From the NCBI GenBank assembly GCA_904063045.1, contig CAJFCJ010000010.1, forward strand, positions 1,550,001 to 1,614,000: a DNA stretch of 64,000 nucleotides, read 5' to 3'. Below, piece after piece: positions 51,901-62,900 of the stretch. The notes below the pieces were generated by a model. It did not search any database. It saw only the letters and a list, made by a program, of their open reading frames with translations, and was not told the origin of the DNA. This stretch comes from Dimorphilus gyrociliatus (Eukaryota; Animalia; Annelida). Each line of letters begins with the position of its first letter. Positions within the stretch are counted from its first letter, which is position 1. A program made the position numbers and the translations under genes.

Positions 51901-52750
51901 CTTCAATGTGGACACTTAGATTTATTTCACTGCGAAAGCCCTTGAAACAAATATTGCAATCAATTTTTGCACCGGTTTGGCAAATTGCAAGATGAGGAAT
52001 CATATCTGCTCGATTAATGAAAAATTTTCGACACTTGCAGCATTTATGAGCTTGAGTTTGAATCTCAAAATATAGAGCTGCCTCTGGATGTTCTGCTTTG
52101 TTTGTCTTGAAACATTCATCTAAGTGCGTCTGTTAATACGTAATGAAAAGCATAAATGTAAATTTACCGTGAGCAGTAACCATAAAATATCATAGAATAC
52201 CTGAAAAACTCTTTCTTGCTTTTCCGGACAGGGTTTGAAACAAACAGGGCATATTATTTCCCTTTTGAAGCCATATAAATGTTCGCTTAGTAAATCCTGC
52301 GATGCAAAGGTTAAACCGCAATGGGGACGTTGGCAAAGAAATTTCATTAAAGTTTCCTTTGATATTTCGGAATTAGGACTTGTAAGGATGCTACATATTT
52401 CAGTTGTGGCCAATGGCACAATTTGATTATTATTAAAATTATCGTCATTGGTGATATCTTCAGATTCTTTATCATCAGAGCTAACATGAAATCCATTTGT
52501 TTTCAAAAATTCTATTCAGTAAAAAATAAACTGTAATAAAGTCTGTAAATTTCTACTTTTTCTTACCAGTTATCTGAAAATAGCACCCACTGCTCTCTAT
52601 TTCAGATTGCAGCCAATTCATAGAAAAGTTAATAAAATTTTGAACAACGTCTTTGGTTTTACTTCCTTTACCCAAATGATTTGCATAATCTTTGATAAAG
52701 CCTAAGATATTTGCTTTTAGGTTAGGTCCAGGGGATACAACTTGCGCCAT
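48951..52750 (-). CDS. Multi-C2H2 zinc-finger protein (roughly 13-16 fingers, some degenerate), 8 exons, about 1094 aa
   Basis: Exons 52750-52567, 52511-52201, 52129-51491, 51439-50773, about 50718-50051, 50001-49584, 49403-49036 and 48980-48951. Repeated Cx2C..Hx3-4H units such as CNICFKGFRSEINLSVHIEEDH and CQDCSMSFKEETELENHFRFVH; no TGEKP linkers. Confidence 0.82.
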
Positions 52751-53790
52751 ATTGCCGGTCCCCAAACAAGTCAATATAAGAAAAGCTAAACCCAAAAAAA
52801 CACTTTTAAAACGGATTCAATACACAGAAGCCTAATTTTAAAAAAAAAATAGAGTTCTTACTTAGGCTTTAAAAAAGACTTGCTTTTATTCAGAATACGT
52901 AGAGTTGTAGGAAGAATTTATCACAAAAAATCTCTTGCAATAGCTTGCTACAAACTCACTCAAAAAAGTGCCTGTGAGTTAGCATAATGCCATAGTACAT
53001 AAACTTCTTAGGATGCTGTGGAAAAGTAATGGCGAATTATACTTGTCAAAAAAAGTTATATATATTATGCACAAAACCTGATTTATCATCTAAAAAAACA
53101 TTATTATGATCTAACCTGAGCTATATTAATCGTTATTGTCACTTAAATTAAGAGTTTATTTACTATAGCAAATTAATTTTTAACAAAATAACTTTGGAGT
53201 TGAATTTACCGGTGCATGTCTTGCGCTCCAATGAACGGAAACGGAACCACTACGGAAGTTTCCATAATGTAACTTATTCGTCGTTTAAATTGCTTTCGAA
53301 TAAACAGGAAACAAATTTTTCAAGGAAAGTTTTTAATTAATTAATATACATAAATTAATATAAAAATGGCATACTTTACTAAAAATTTTAATTACTTTAT
53401 ATATATAAATAAAAAAAACCCGCCATTTTTATAAAACTTTTTCAAAATGAAATGTATTTATTCTTTATATTAAATAGCAGAAAAATGAAAGTTTTTCTTT
53501 GCTATCTTCATTGAATTCAAACAGAAAATTACTATAACATTTGATTATAAAGAACAGTTAAAGAATTATATTCAAGTTGAAATTATATAGTTCATAGAAC
53601 AAAAGCAGGCTGAGTTGAGAGAGCTCTGTTAAAATTTCTGTTCCTTCAGCCTAACCATTGCTTTTTTAGTTATGTTTCAATGTGCTGTATTGAAATATAA
53701 CAGCTGAACATTTAAATATTAGCTAGGAATTTTCATTTATTTGCTCAACTACGATTCACTAATTTGACAACAACTAAATTTCTCTACAAG

Positions 53791-55139
53791 ATGGAGGACA
53801 AACCAAGGTAAATAAACTTTTTGAATGTTTAAATACAGCTATTTATACAAAAGTATTGGAAGAAAAATGGCGGCACCACGTGACATTGATTACATCTACT
53901 AAAATATTATCTAGAGAAATAATGAAATAAACTCTTAGATATTATTGATAGAAGGAGTCATGTGACCATCACTATTTTATATACTCTAACATTGGTAGTG
54001 TTAGGTAAAATTGAAAGAGAAATTGACTAATTTCTACAACGTTTTATTATTTTCTCAGTGAAAACGTTGAAGTTGATATGTCAAGATCTGATGAAGTATT
54101 GTCAAGGGAGACCACTAAATGTTCGACAATAGCCGCTTGGTCAGTAGTTTTGGGAAGTTTGGATACTGCTAGACAATTAGTCGGTTATCAAGTAACCTTC
54201 GATGGTGGAATACGTTCATCATTGATAGTGCTGTTTTCCGAATGCTTGAAATTAATAGTTTTGTTTTGCTTTTTGCTAACGAGAAGCGCTGAACTTATGA
54301 AAGTTCATAAGTTTTCGCTATGGCTACTCTTTCCAGCCTCAATTTATGCTATAACGAATAATCTTTTCTATGTTGGAGTAAGTCTGGTACCTCCTCCTAT
54401 TTGGGCTATATTAAATCAAACAAGAGTTATATTTTTGGGCGTCGTTTACAAATTTATATTCAAGAGACAATTTACAAAATATCAATGGACTGGTCTGTTT
54501 TTCTTACTGATAGCTGTGACACTTACTGCGGCTAAAGGGGATGATTCCAAACATAAAACTTATACTAGGTCTGACTTAATGTATGCTTGTATTATTGCAC
54601 TAGGAGCATCTTTTTTATCTGCTATTGGACCAATTGTCGTCGAATGGAGGCTTAAAAGTGATGAATCAAGGTCATTCGCCGTTCAACAGTTTCAATTGTA
54701 CACCATGGGATTGTTATCTTGTCTTGTTGTTGTCAGTCTAGATGTTCTACGTAAGCCTATGGTCATGGATAGACTACAAATGCCACAACTATCTGCCATC
54801 TTGGCTGTAGTCTTAACAGCAGCATGTGGATTGACAGTAGGAGCAGTCATGAAAAAGACTGATAACGTTGTAAAGGTATACACTCAGTCAATTGCTACTG
54901 TTTCAACTGCAGTTTTTTGTGCCCTAATTTACCCTCTCAAATGTCATATACACTTGCCTATATTTGTTTCTTTAATGTTGACCTTAATTGGGATAGGTTT
55001 TTATGAACATCAGGCTTTGACAAATGTTCCAGTGAAAGCGTTCGTAATTGTTGGTTTATTGTTCGTTATTTTTATTTCATTGTTTTTGTTGTTTGAAGGA
55101 AATAATTTGAATGTTGCTGCGTTAAATCTATCTTCATAA
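53791..55139 (+). CDS. SLC35A-family nucleotide-sugar transporter
   Basis: The large exon 54059-55139 carries SSLIVLFSECLK, FPASIYAITNNL, ILNQTRVIF, QWTGLFFLLIAV, GPIVVEWRLK, GLTVGAVMKKTDNVVKVY. The short exon 53791-53807 (ATGGAGGACAAACCAAG|GTAAAT) splices in frame, adding MEDKPSENVEVD ahead of the ATG at 54078. Confidence 0.88.
53864..53966 (+). promoter_or_regulatory. Promoter-like motif cluster: YY1-type AAAATGGCGGC, CACGTGAC and GTCATGTGAC
   Basis: Motifs at 53864-53874, 53877-53884 and 53957-53966, followed by a donor at 54005 that can splice to the 54058 acceptor. Confidence 0.5.
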
Positions 55140-55389
55140 GTGGTTGTTCTTGCTTGACGGTCAAGTCTCTGGATCAAGGTTGATCCAGCCTTGTTGAAAG
55201 CTTTGCGATTATTATCAAAACGATAATTCTGTCTCGGTTCACTAGTTCAATATTACATAAAGTATTTTCACTTGCAAAATAAAAAATCCTATTATAAATC
55301 TAATAGTGAATACAGATGGCGTTCATCGATTTCCTATACTTATAGCTATCATTTCTATTATTTAATGAGCGATATTATAAAGTAAAATC

Positions 55390-56916
55390 ATGGTGTACTT
55401 CGATAAAGTTCCTGTAGTAGATGTTTATCAAGATAATTATGAAATTGTTTATGAAACAATATTAAAAGCATTTAATTCGTCAACTTTTATTGCTATTGAT
55501 ATGGTAAAAAAATTGATTAATAATATAAGTAGCTCAAGCATTATTTATAAAATTCAATCATATAGGAACTCAGTGGTATAGGGCGAAAAATAAAAGTAGC
55601 AGAAAGGTTAGTTTAATTACTCTCTATGAATATGTACAAGCGAATCTTAACGAGTTTTTATTAAAATTTTACGTTTAAAAGCTTAGAAGATGAATATAAA
55701 CTACTAAGTGAGACCGCAAAAAGTCATGCAGTATTATCAATGGGTATTAGTTGTTTCATCTTAAGAAATGAAACTTCAGCTAATAATGAAAAACCAATTA
55801 CTAAATATCTCGTGCACACTTATAATTTTATGCTCATGCCTGAAGATCATCATACAGTTGATCCTTTTTCTATTAAGTTTTTAGCTCTCCACGAATTTAA
55901 CTTTAACAAATTATACAAGTCTGGAATACATTATACATTAACTGATAGAATGGTAAATAGACCCATTTAAAAAATTTCAAAAGGCTAACAGCTGAATTAA
56001 ACAATTGAAAAATTTGTACATTTGCTTGCAGAATGAGAATAATAGAAGAACAGATAAATCTTTTATTGATTTATTAATGAAAATGTTAAACTGTAACGTT
56101 CCTATGATTGTTCATAATGGTTTTGTTGATTTAGCTTTTTTTTATCAAAATTTTATTTCTGACTTACCAACATCTTCAAAAAAATTTTTTAACAGTCTAA
56201 AAGAAAATTTTAAAGGTAAACACTTTAGCAGAAGAGAATTGTTGAAACATTTCTATTTAATCTATCTATATAGGAGGAATCTTTGATACGAAGTACATAG
56301 CTTTAAAATTGAAGAAGATGAGAGCCTCATATTTAGCTTATATGTTTAGAAAGTGGTACGATTTTTTTCATCTAAAAAACAACAATTGTAATATTCATAC
56401 TTTCGTTATTTTACAGTCAAAAGGATAATGTTGAAAATAATCAGAATCGCAATAAATCGATAGATGTTGCATTCTCCGATTTATTAACTAATGGAGAGCA
56501 ATTATCATTTTTCACCTGCAAGACTCCGGATTATCCCATTTTAATTACAAATCAAATCTGTAAACATTTTGCCGTAAGTCCAATTATTTAACATTCGCCA
56601 GATTTAGCTTAATAAAAAAATTCACCTCGAACAGTTTAACGGCTGGTGCAGAGATGGAACGGATTGTAAGAGATCACACGATTTAGACACTATTGTACAT
56701 ATTAACTTTAAGTTTAGAAAGTGTCAAAATAAAGAACGTGATGAAACATGCAAAGAAATTAATGAAGAAGCTACTGAGAAAAAATTATCAGGTCAACATA
56801 GTTCAGGCTTTGATGCTTTTATGACTGGTTTTGCTTACTCATTTTTTCTTAATCAAAATGAAGTTCTCAACTTGGATAATTCAAGAAATCGCATTTACAT
56901 ATCAAAAAAATACTGA
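55390..56916 (+). CDS. TOE1: Target of EGR1 protein 1 (CAF1-family DEDD deadenylase with a C3H1 finger), 7 exons, about 376 aa
   Basis: Exons 55390-55503, 55566-55606, 55682-55952, 56032-56215, 56274-56355, 56417-56573 and 56635-56916. Motifs: VPVVDV, FIAIDMELSG (DxE), HNGFVDLAFFYQNF, GGIFDTKY, CKHFAFNGWCRDGTDCKRSH, HSSGFDAFMTG. Confidence 0.93.
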
Positions 56917-57124
56917 GGCTCTAAGTCAAAATTGATGTTTTTTTCCTTTGCAGTAATTGTTAAATGCTGCTATCTTTACAATTGTTTTTAAAATTAAAAA
57001 ATAAGAATTTTTAAGAATTTTGTTTCAAATTAACTTACGTTCAGACAACCTTACTACTTTGATTAAGACCTTTTTTTTATTTAACTTATCAGAAGCTTGC
57101 ACTTATAAATGAATATTTAGTAGT

Positions 57125-58042
57125 TCAATATTTTTCCCAAAATGTAGGTACATCGCTGCCTGCAAAAAATTCTCTTTCGATACCGTCCTTTGTGATTACA
57201 GCTAGTCGGATAACGCCACCAGAGCTTCCATCTCTGCTCATAGCTAAAGCAACGGCATTTTTACAAAATTCCTTACATTCGTCTTTTGCCATATTTTCCT
57301 TAAATTCTTTGTCGACATGACCATAGATATAAGTCGAGCCGGAACCTCCAATAGCGAAAGGCTGTCTAACGCACATACCTCCTAAAGGTAAACAATAAAC
57401 TTGTCCTCCCTTATGGCGGTCCCATCCAGCGCAAATAATGCCTGCTGTCAAGCTATCTCTATAATTATAACACATCTCTTGAAAGACGCTTGCGGCAATT
57501 TTGACTTGAGGTTCTTCGCCTTGTTCCATTCTGTTATATAACGAAATTGAGCATTGATTGGAATGTAGTGTATTTCACTTACTGTAAAAATCCCAGGTGA
57601 TAAGCAACTACATCAGTTATTGCTTGAGTATCTGCGGCAGAGCCGGATCTGCAGCAATATATTCTATCTGTTACTCTGGTCAGTTTGTCAGTCACTCTAT
57701 TGGCAATGTATGCTCTGAAAAATAAAAATAAAGAATTCAGATAATAATCGTCAACTCTCTTAATATTCTATTTACCCAGTGGTGGTTCGAGAATCTGCTG
57801 CGATAACTACACCTTCAGAAAATTCTACTGCCATAATAGTTGTCTAAAAATTGGGCGATAATATGTTTAGTTAAGGATATGAAATTTATATACAGTATAC
57901 TGCAATAGGAAAAGCTTGTTTTATAGAAGATTCGTAATTAACTTACGCCGGTTTCATGTTCCTCCTTTAGCCAATCTGGATAAAGTTCTGAACTAGCATT
58001 TATTTGAGAGTTGAAACTTTGCTTCATCACACCAAGATCCAT
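57125..58042 (-). CDS. PSMB6: Proteasome subunit beta type-6 (beta1), 4 exons, about 233 aa
   Basis: Exons 58042-57947, 57843-57776, 57714-57583 and 57530-57125. Propeptide ..[11 protein letters not shown], then [59 protein letters not shown]. Confidence 0.96.
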
Positions 58043-58137
58043 GTTGAATCGAATGTTGTTCTGTGTTTCTGATAACTACTTCCGGTATATTCAATTTTCA
58101 CTATTCGGATGAGTCGAAAGCAAAATATTTAGCTGAT

Positions 58138-59766
58138 ATGTATCGTCAACATGTGAGTAGATTAAATTTATTAATATTTATTATCATAGATTTTATTGCA
58201 TATTTGCTTTTTATAAGGAAATTCACATTTGTAAACTTTTCACATTATTTTTGAGCGATAAATGAAGTTTGTTTATTTTCAGTATCCAGATGCACCGGGA
58301 ATGCATAATTTACAATATCGTCTCCGGCAAAATGCAGCTATGGAACACTGGTCATTAAAGACAAGAGTTAAATTTTATCTTCTTCCCTTAATTACATCTT
58401 CTGTGCTCTGCTTAGCAGCATTAACAATTCTCATATATGCCGAATACAATAGTACTCTCTTTCACTACGCCTCTGATGAAAGCTCGAAGTCTGTTGTCCG
58501 TTTGGAAAATATATTTATAGCAGATGAATCGAATGATGGGAAATTAGTTCACTTTACTGGAAATTTACATATGAAACATGTTAGTTAATACATTTTTTCA
58601 AAAATTTATAATCAATAACAACATTCCAGAAATTACTCTTATAAGATTTATATTTTATAGGAAGCACACGATCCTGTATTTGATGTTGGCTTTAATAGTG
58701 CAGTTTTGCAGAGATCAGTTGAAATGTACCAATGGGTTGAAGTAGAGAAAAGAGAGTAAGTATAATATTCGAAATTTTTAAAGATATAAATAATTGATAT
58801 AAAATACTTTCTTGCAGAGAAACAGGTCGATCATCGTTTTCCTATTGTAAGTACTTTAATCGTTTTCTATATTAGATATATTATTAATATCAAACATTCT
58901 TATAAAGCAAAGGAATGGCGTGAAGATCTTGTGAAAAGTTTCTCTTTTGAAAGAAGCGCAAGTCACGAAAATCCAAAGTATTTTACACTGATTTGAATAA
59001 AATAAGATAAAAGAAATGCTTCTTTTTCTTAATACAGAAAATTCTCTGTTGAAAGTGAGAAGTTCTTGGGTAAAAATCCGAAAATTGGCGGTTTTTATAT
59101 AACAGAAGAAGTTTTGAATAAGCTAGAAATGAGCCTAATAATGAATCTACCAGAAAAGCCTCATTTGAAAAAGAGTGATAACTATTACTATCTTAATAAA
59201 AATAGCGAACCACAAATTGGTGATATTAGAGCAAATTTTTATATTGCTTTAAACAATTCATATGGAAAGGTTAAGTATCCTCTTTACTTTTTAGGAGATA
59301 GTCTTTATTTAATATATACTGTATATATTCTTATTTATATTTACAGTTTAGCGTTTTAGCTAAACAACACCACGTGTCCCTTCAACCATACGTAACTGCT
59401 AACAATGTCCCAATAGCAATAATCGAACGAGGGATCCATACTGCAGAAGAATTGCTCCATAAACAATCTATATCTGTGTCTTTCGAAACTAATTTATTAA
59501 GAGCTGCATCTTTTATTATATTTGTTGTTAGCTTTGCTTGCGTAGGTAAATTTTTGTTAACTCTGAAAATTTTCCATTTTCCTTATAGACGATTTCGTAT
59601 TAGGACAAGTTTCAGATTGAGTCTGTTTCTAGCTTTCTGTTGCTGGGCAAATGTAGTTTTTGTGTCATATTTAATCAGATTTCCTTTATATGGAAGTATT
59701 ATATTATTGGTTGTATTATCGTGCATCATGTTACTCAGAAAAAGATGGATATATTTTAATAGATAA
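58138..59766 (+). CDS. TMEM43: Transmembrane protein 43 (LUMA), multi-exon
   Basis: First exon 58138-58152 (MYRQH), then 58283-58579 and later exons. Motifs: NDGKLVHFTGNL, LQRSVEMYQWVE, EWREDLV.SFSF..SHENP, PQIGDIRANF, GIHTAEELL, LLRAASFIIF. Confidence 0.9.
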
Positions 59767-59961
59767 TATGCAAGTTATACTATTTGTACCATTTTTCAAA
59801 ATTAGGCGCGAAGATTCGATATCGTTTCGGAGCGAGACTTTATTCTCATAGTGTGGTTACTGAATCCGATGTCACTTTATTGTTTAAAATTTTGACTGCA
59901 AATACTTTGCCATACAACATCATTCATTTAGTAAACAAATTCAACTTTGACCGGCTGAAAA

Positions 59962-62900
59962 ATGGCTTTGAGAAGAGAAACTACAAGAGCAGTTAATGTC
60001 AGTACTTAAAATACTACGTAATCGTATTAATTTTTAATAAATTAACTTTATTTCAGGCTATCAATAAATTAAAATTTAACTCAACAAGAGTTTTAAGGTC
60101 TGTCCCAATTATTGCCTTCAAATATACCTGATAAATTACATCGTGTATAACTTTGCAGCACGAAAGCAGATCAGTCTGATCTTTTACCAAAATGTACTGT
60201 TCCTAGTGACTATTTTCAACCCTCATTACCAAGACTACCCATTCCAAAATTAGAAAAAACTTGCGAAAAGTACTTAGCTAGCCAGAGAGTTTTGCTCAAT
60301 GAAGAGGCCTACGCCCGAACAGAGAAATTAACTATGAATTTTTTGCAAAAAGAGGGCAAAGGTTAAATATTGGAAAAACTTTAATTTCTTGATTTAACAA
60401 ATTATTCCAATAAATTATTTCAGATCTTAATAGTCGCCTCATTAAAGAAAATAAGAGAAACAAGCATACCAGTTATGTATCAGGACCATGGTTTGACATG
60501 TATCTTAAAGATCGAAATGGTTTAGCCTTTAACCAAAATCCTTGTATTGTCTATAAAGATGATCCGAATGAAAAAAATAACGATCAAGCGATTAGAGCTA
60601 CGAATTTTATTGTAGCTTCAATGAAATTTAAAAAGAGTCTAGAGAGCAATATCCTTAGACCTGAGGTTTTTCATCTAAATCCCGAAAAGACCAATAATGA
60701 TCAGTATTGGAAATACATTAGTTGGTTACCTAGGGGAATAGCAACTTACGGTTCATACGTGAAAAAAGTCTTTCCTCTTGATATGAGTCAGTATAAGAAT
60801 TTATTCAATTCAACAAGAGTACCAAGACAGGGAAAAGATGAACTATACGTTAACAAGAGTGCAAGGCACGTAGCTGTTATGAGAAAAGGAAGATTCTATT
60901 GTTTTGATATTCTAAACGAAGATGGTTAGTTATTTTTATTTATTTTTAAATATCTTAATTAGAATTTAATTTGATCAATGTCGTATTTATTGTAGGAATA
61001 CGTTTTTTAAGTTATCATATCCGGATTATATTAATAGATTTATATAGATGCTCTGAGATTAAAGAAAGACTCATAAGCAGTTCTAAAGTCTTTTAAATTA
61101 ATTATGTACAAAATAGGGTTAAAAAAGCTATTTAAAAGCATAAGAAGTAGTGTTATTCTATGAATAATCATATTGATTTCGTTCTCATCACTTATTCTAA
61201 GCAATATTGCAATAACGTAGGGTAAGTTACATACTGTAAAGACTGTTATAATTGGTTTTAATTTTCGAGCAGCAACGGCGTATTTAAACTTTTTCTTGTT
61301 TAACGTGGCAGATAGATTTACTGTTGCCTTTCTTTTCAAAAGAATAAGTAACGTACCATACGATAATATCATCCCAATGAGAAATGTAAAAATGAGAAGG
61401 GTTACTGCTAAAACTGGTTTAACGGAGAACATTTCTAAATAAGAGCAGCTACCATTCCACTTCCTTCCTTTTACGGTTAAATAGGGTGATAGTGCAAATA
61501 TTACGTTGATGGTTGTACATATAAATAGTATGTAAATCAACATTTTACGAGTTAATATAACCTTGTGTTGAAGAGGTTTCAGTTGGATAAAGAGCCGATG
61601 CAAGGATAAAACTGTTTAAGAGAAAGGACGAAAATATATAATTAATGATGCGCCCTTTTTCAAACAAAGTCTTCGACCTTGTTTTTCTTTTATTGTATAC
61701 TTACGGAAAACGAAAGATGCTGAACAAAGTACGCAAACCACTAGTAAATTATAAACACACATGCATACGTAAAAATTGCTTTGTAGAACTTTTGCGGCAA
61801 CAACAAAGGCATTTATGGGTACAATAAGTCCAACGCAAAAATCACTGATTGTTAAAGCTACTATACAGTAGTAGGGTCTCTTCCTTAATTTTCGAAATTT
61901 CCATAGTAAAACAAGAATGAAACTGTTACCCGAAAGGATTAATATTGATAATAACGTTGCTATGACACTTTCCATATAGGCACTCCTTTCTGAAGAAACT
62001 CCTTCATTAGTAACATCGCTTATTGTTGTATTTACACTAATCTGCTCCATCTCTGTCTAAATCGTGTAAAGCACTAAAAGAACTAGTAAACTATAAAGGC
62101 GGGAACCTACGAAACACATTTCGGTAATTTAAGACTATAAATTGTGGCCATTGTAAATCCTTTACCTTATAGCACTAAATTAGCATGTGCTCCTAATTAA
62201 CTTTAATATTTGTTTAATACCATTTTTATTCTTCTATAGGATCGATTGTAGATGCACGTCAATTATTATCGAATGTACGTCATATTCTTCGGGACAATAG
62301 GCCTGCCCCAGATCATCCTCTGGGTTATCTGACATCGGACAATAGAGATATATGGGCGAATGCTAGAGATATTCTCATTGCTGAAGGAAATACAGATGCA
62401 ATAAAATTAGTTGACGATGCCGCTTTTATGTTGACCCTTGACGATTTGGATACAAGTGATAATGTTGAAATTGTTAGGAATTTCTTACACGGTGACGGAT
62501 GTAATCGTTGGTTCGACAAAAGTTTCTCTTTAATTTTGGACAAGAATGGTCATGCAGCCGTTAATTTTGAACACGCTTGGGGAGATGGAGTAGCCGTTGT
62601 TCGATACTTTAACGAATGCTTTGAGGATACTACTAAGAATCCTAGGGTAAATGGAGGTGTCGAATACGATTTACCGTCCTCTCAAGTTAAGCCTATTGAA
62701 TTTAATTTAAATGATAAACTCAAGTCAATCATTGATTCGTCGAAACAAAAATTTGACGATAAAGTTGATTCGTTGACTTTAAATTATTCTCAAGTTCTTG
62801 GAACTGGAAGAAAAACTTGTAAAGCTATGAAAATTAGTCCTGATGCCATGATGCAACTCCTTTTCCAAATGACATTTTATAAAATGCATGGTCAGGTCGT

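Noticed and set aside
59546-59588. Apparent 43-nt GT-AG intron in the last TMEM43 exon
   Set aside because: Splicing would cause a frameshift and early stop, whereas the unspliced frame aligns with the TMEM43 C-terminal helices.
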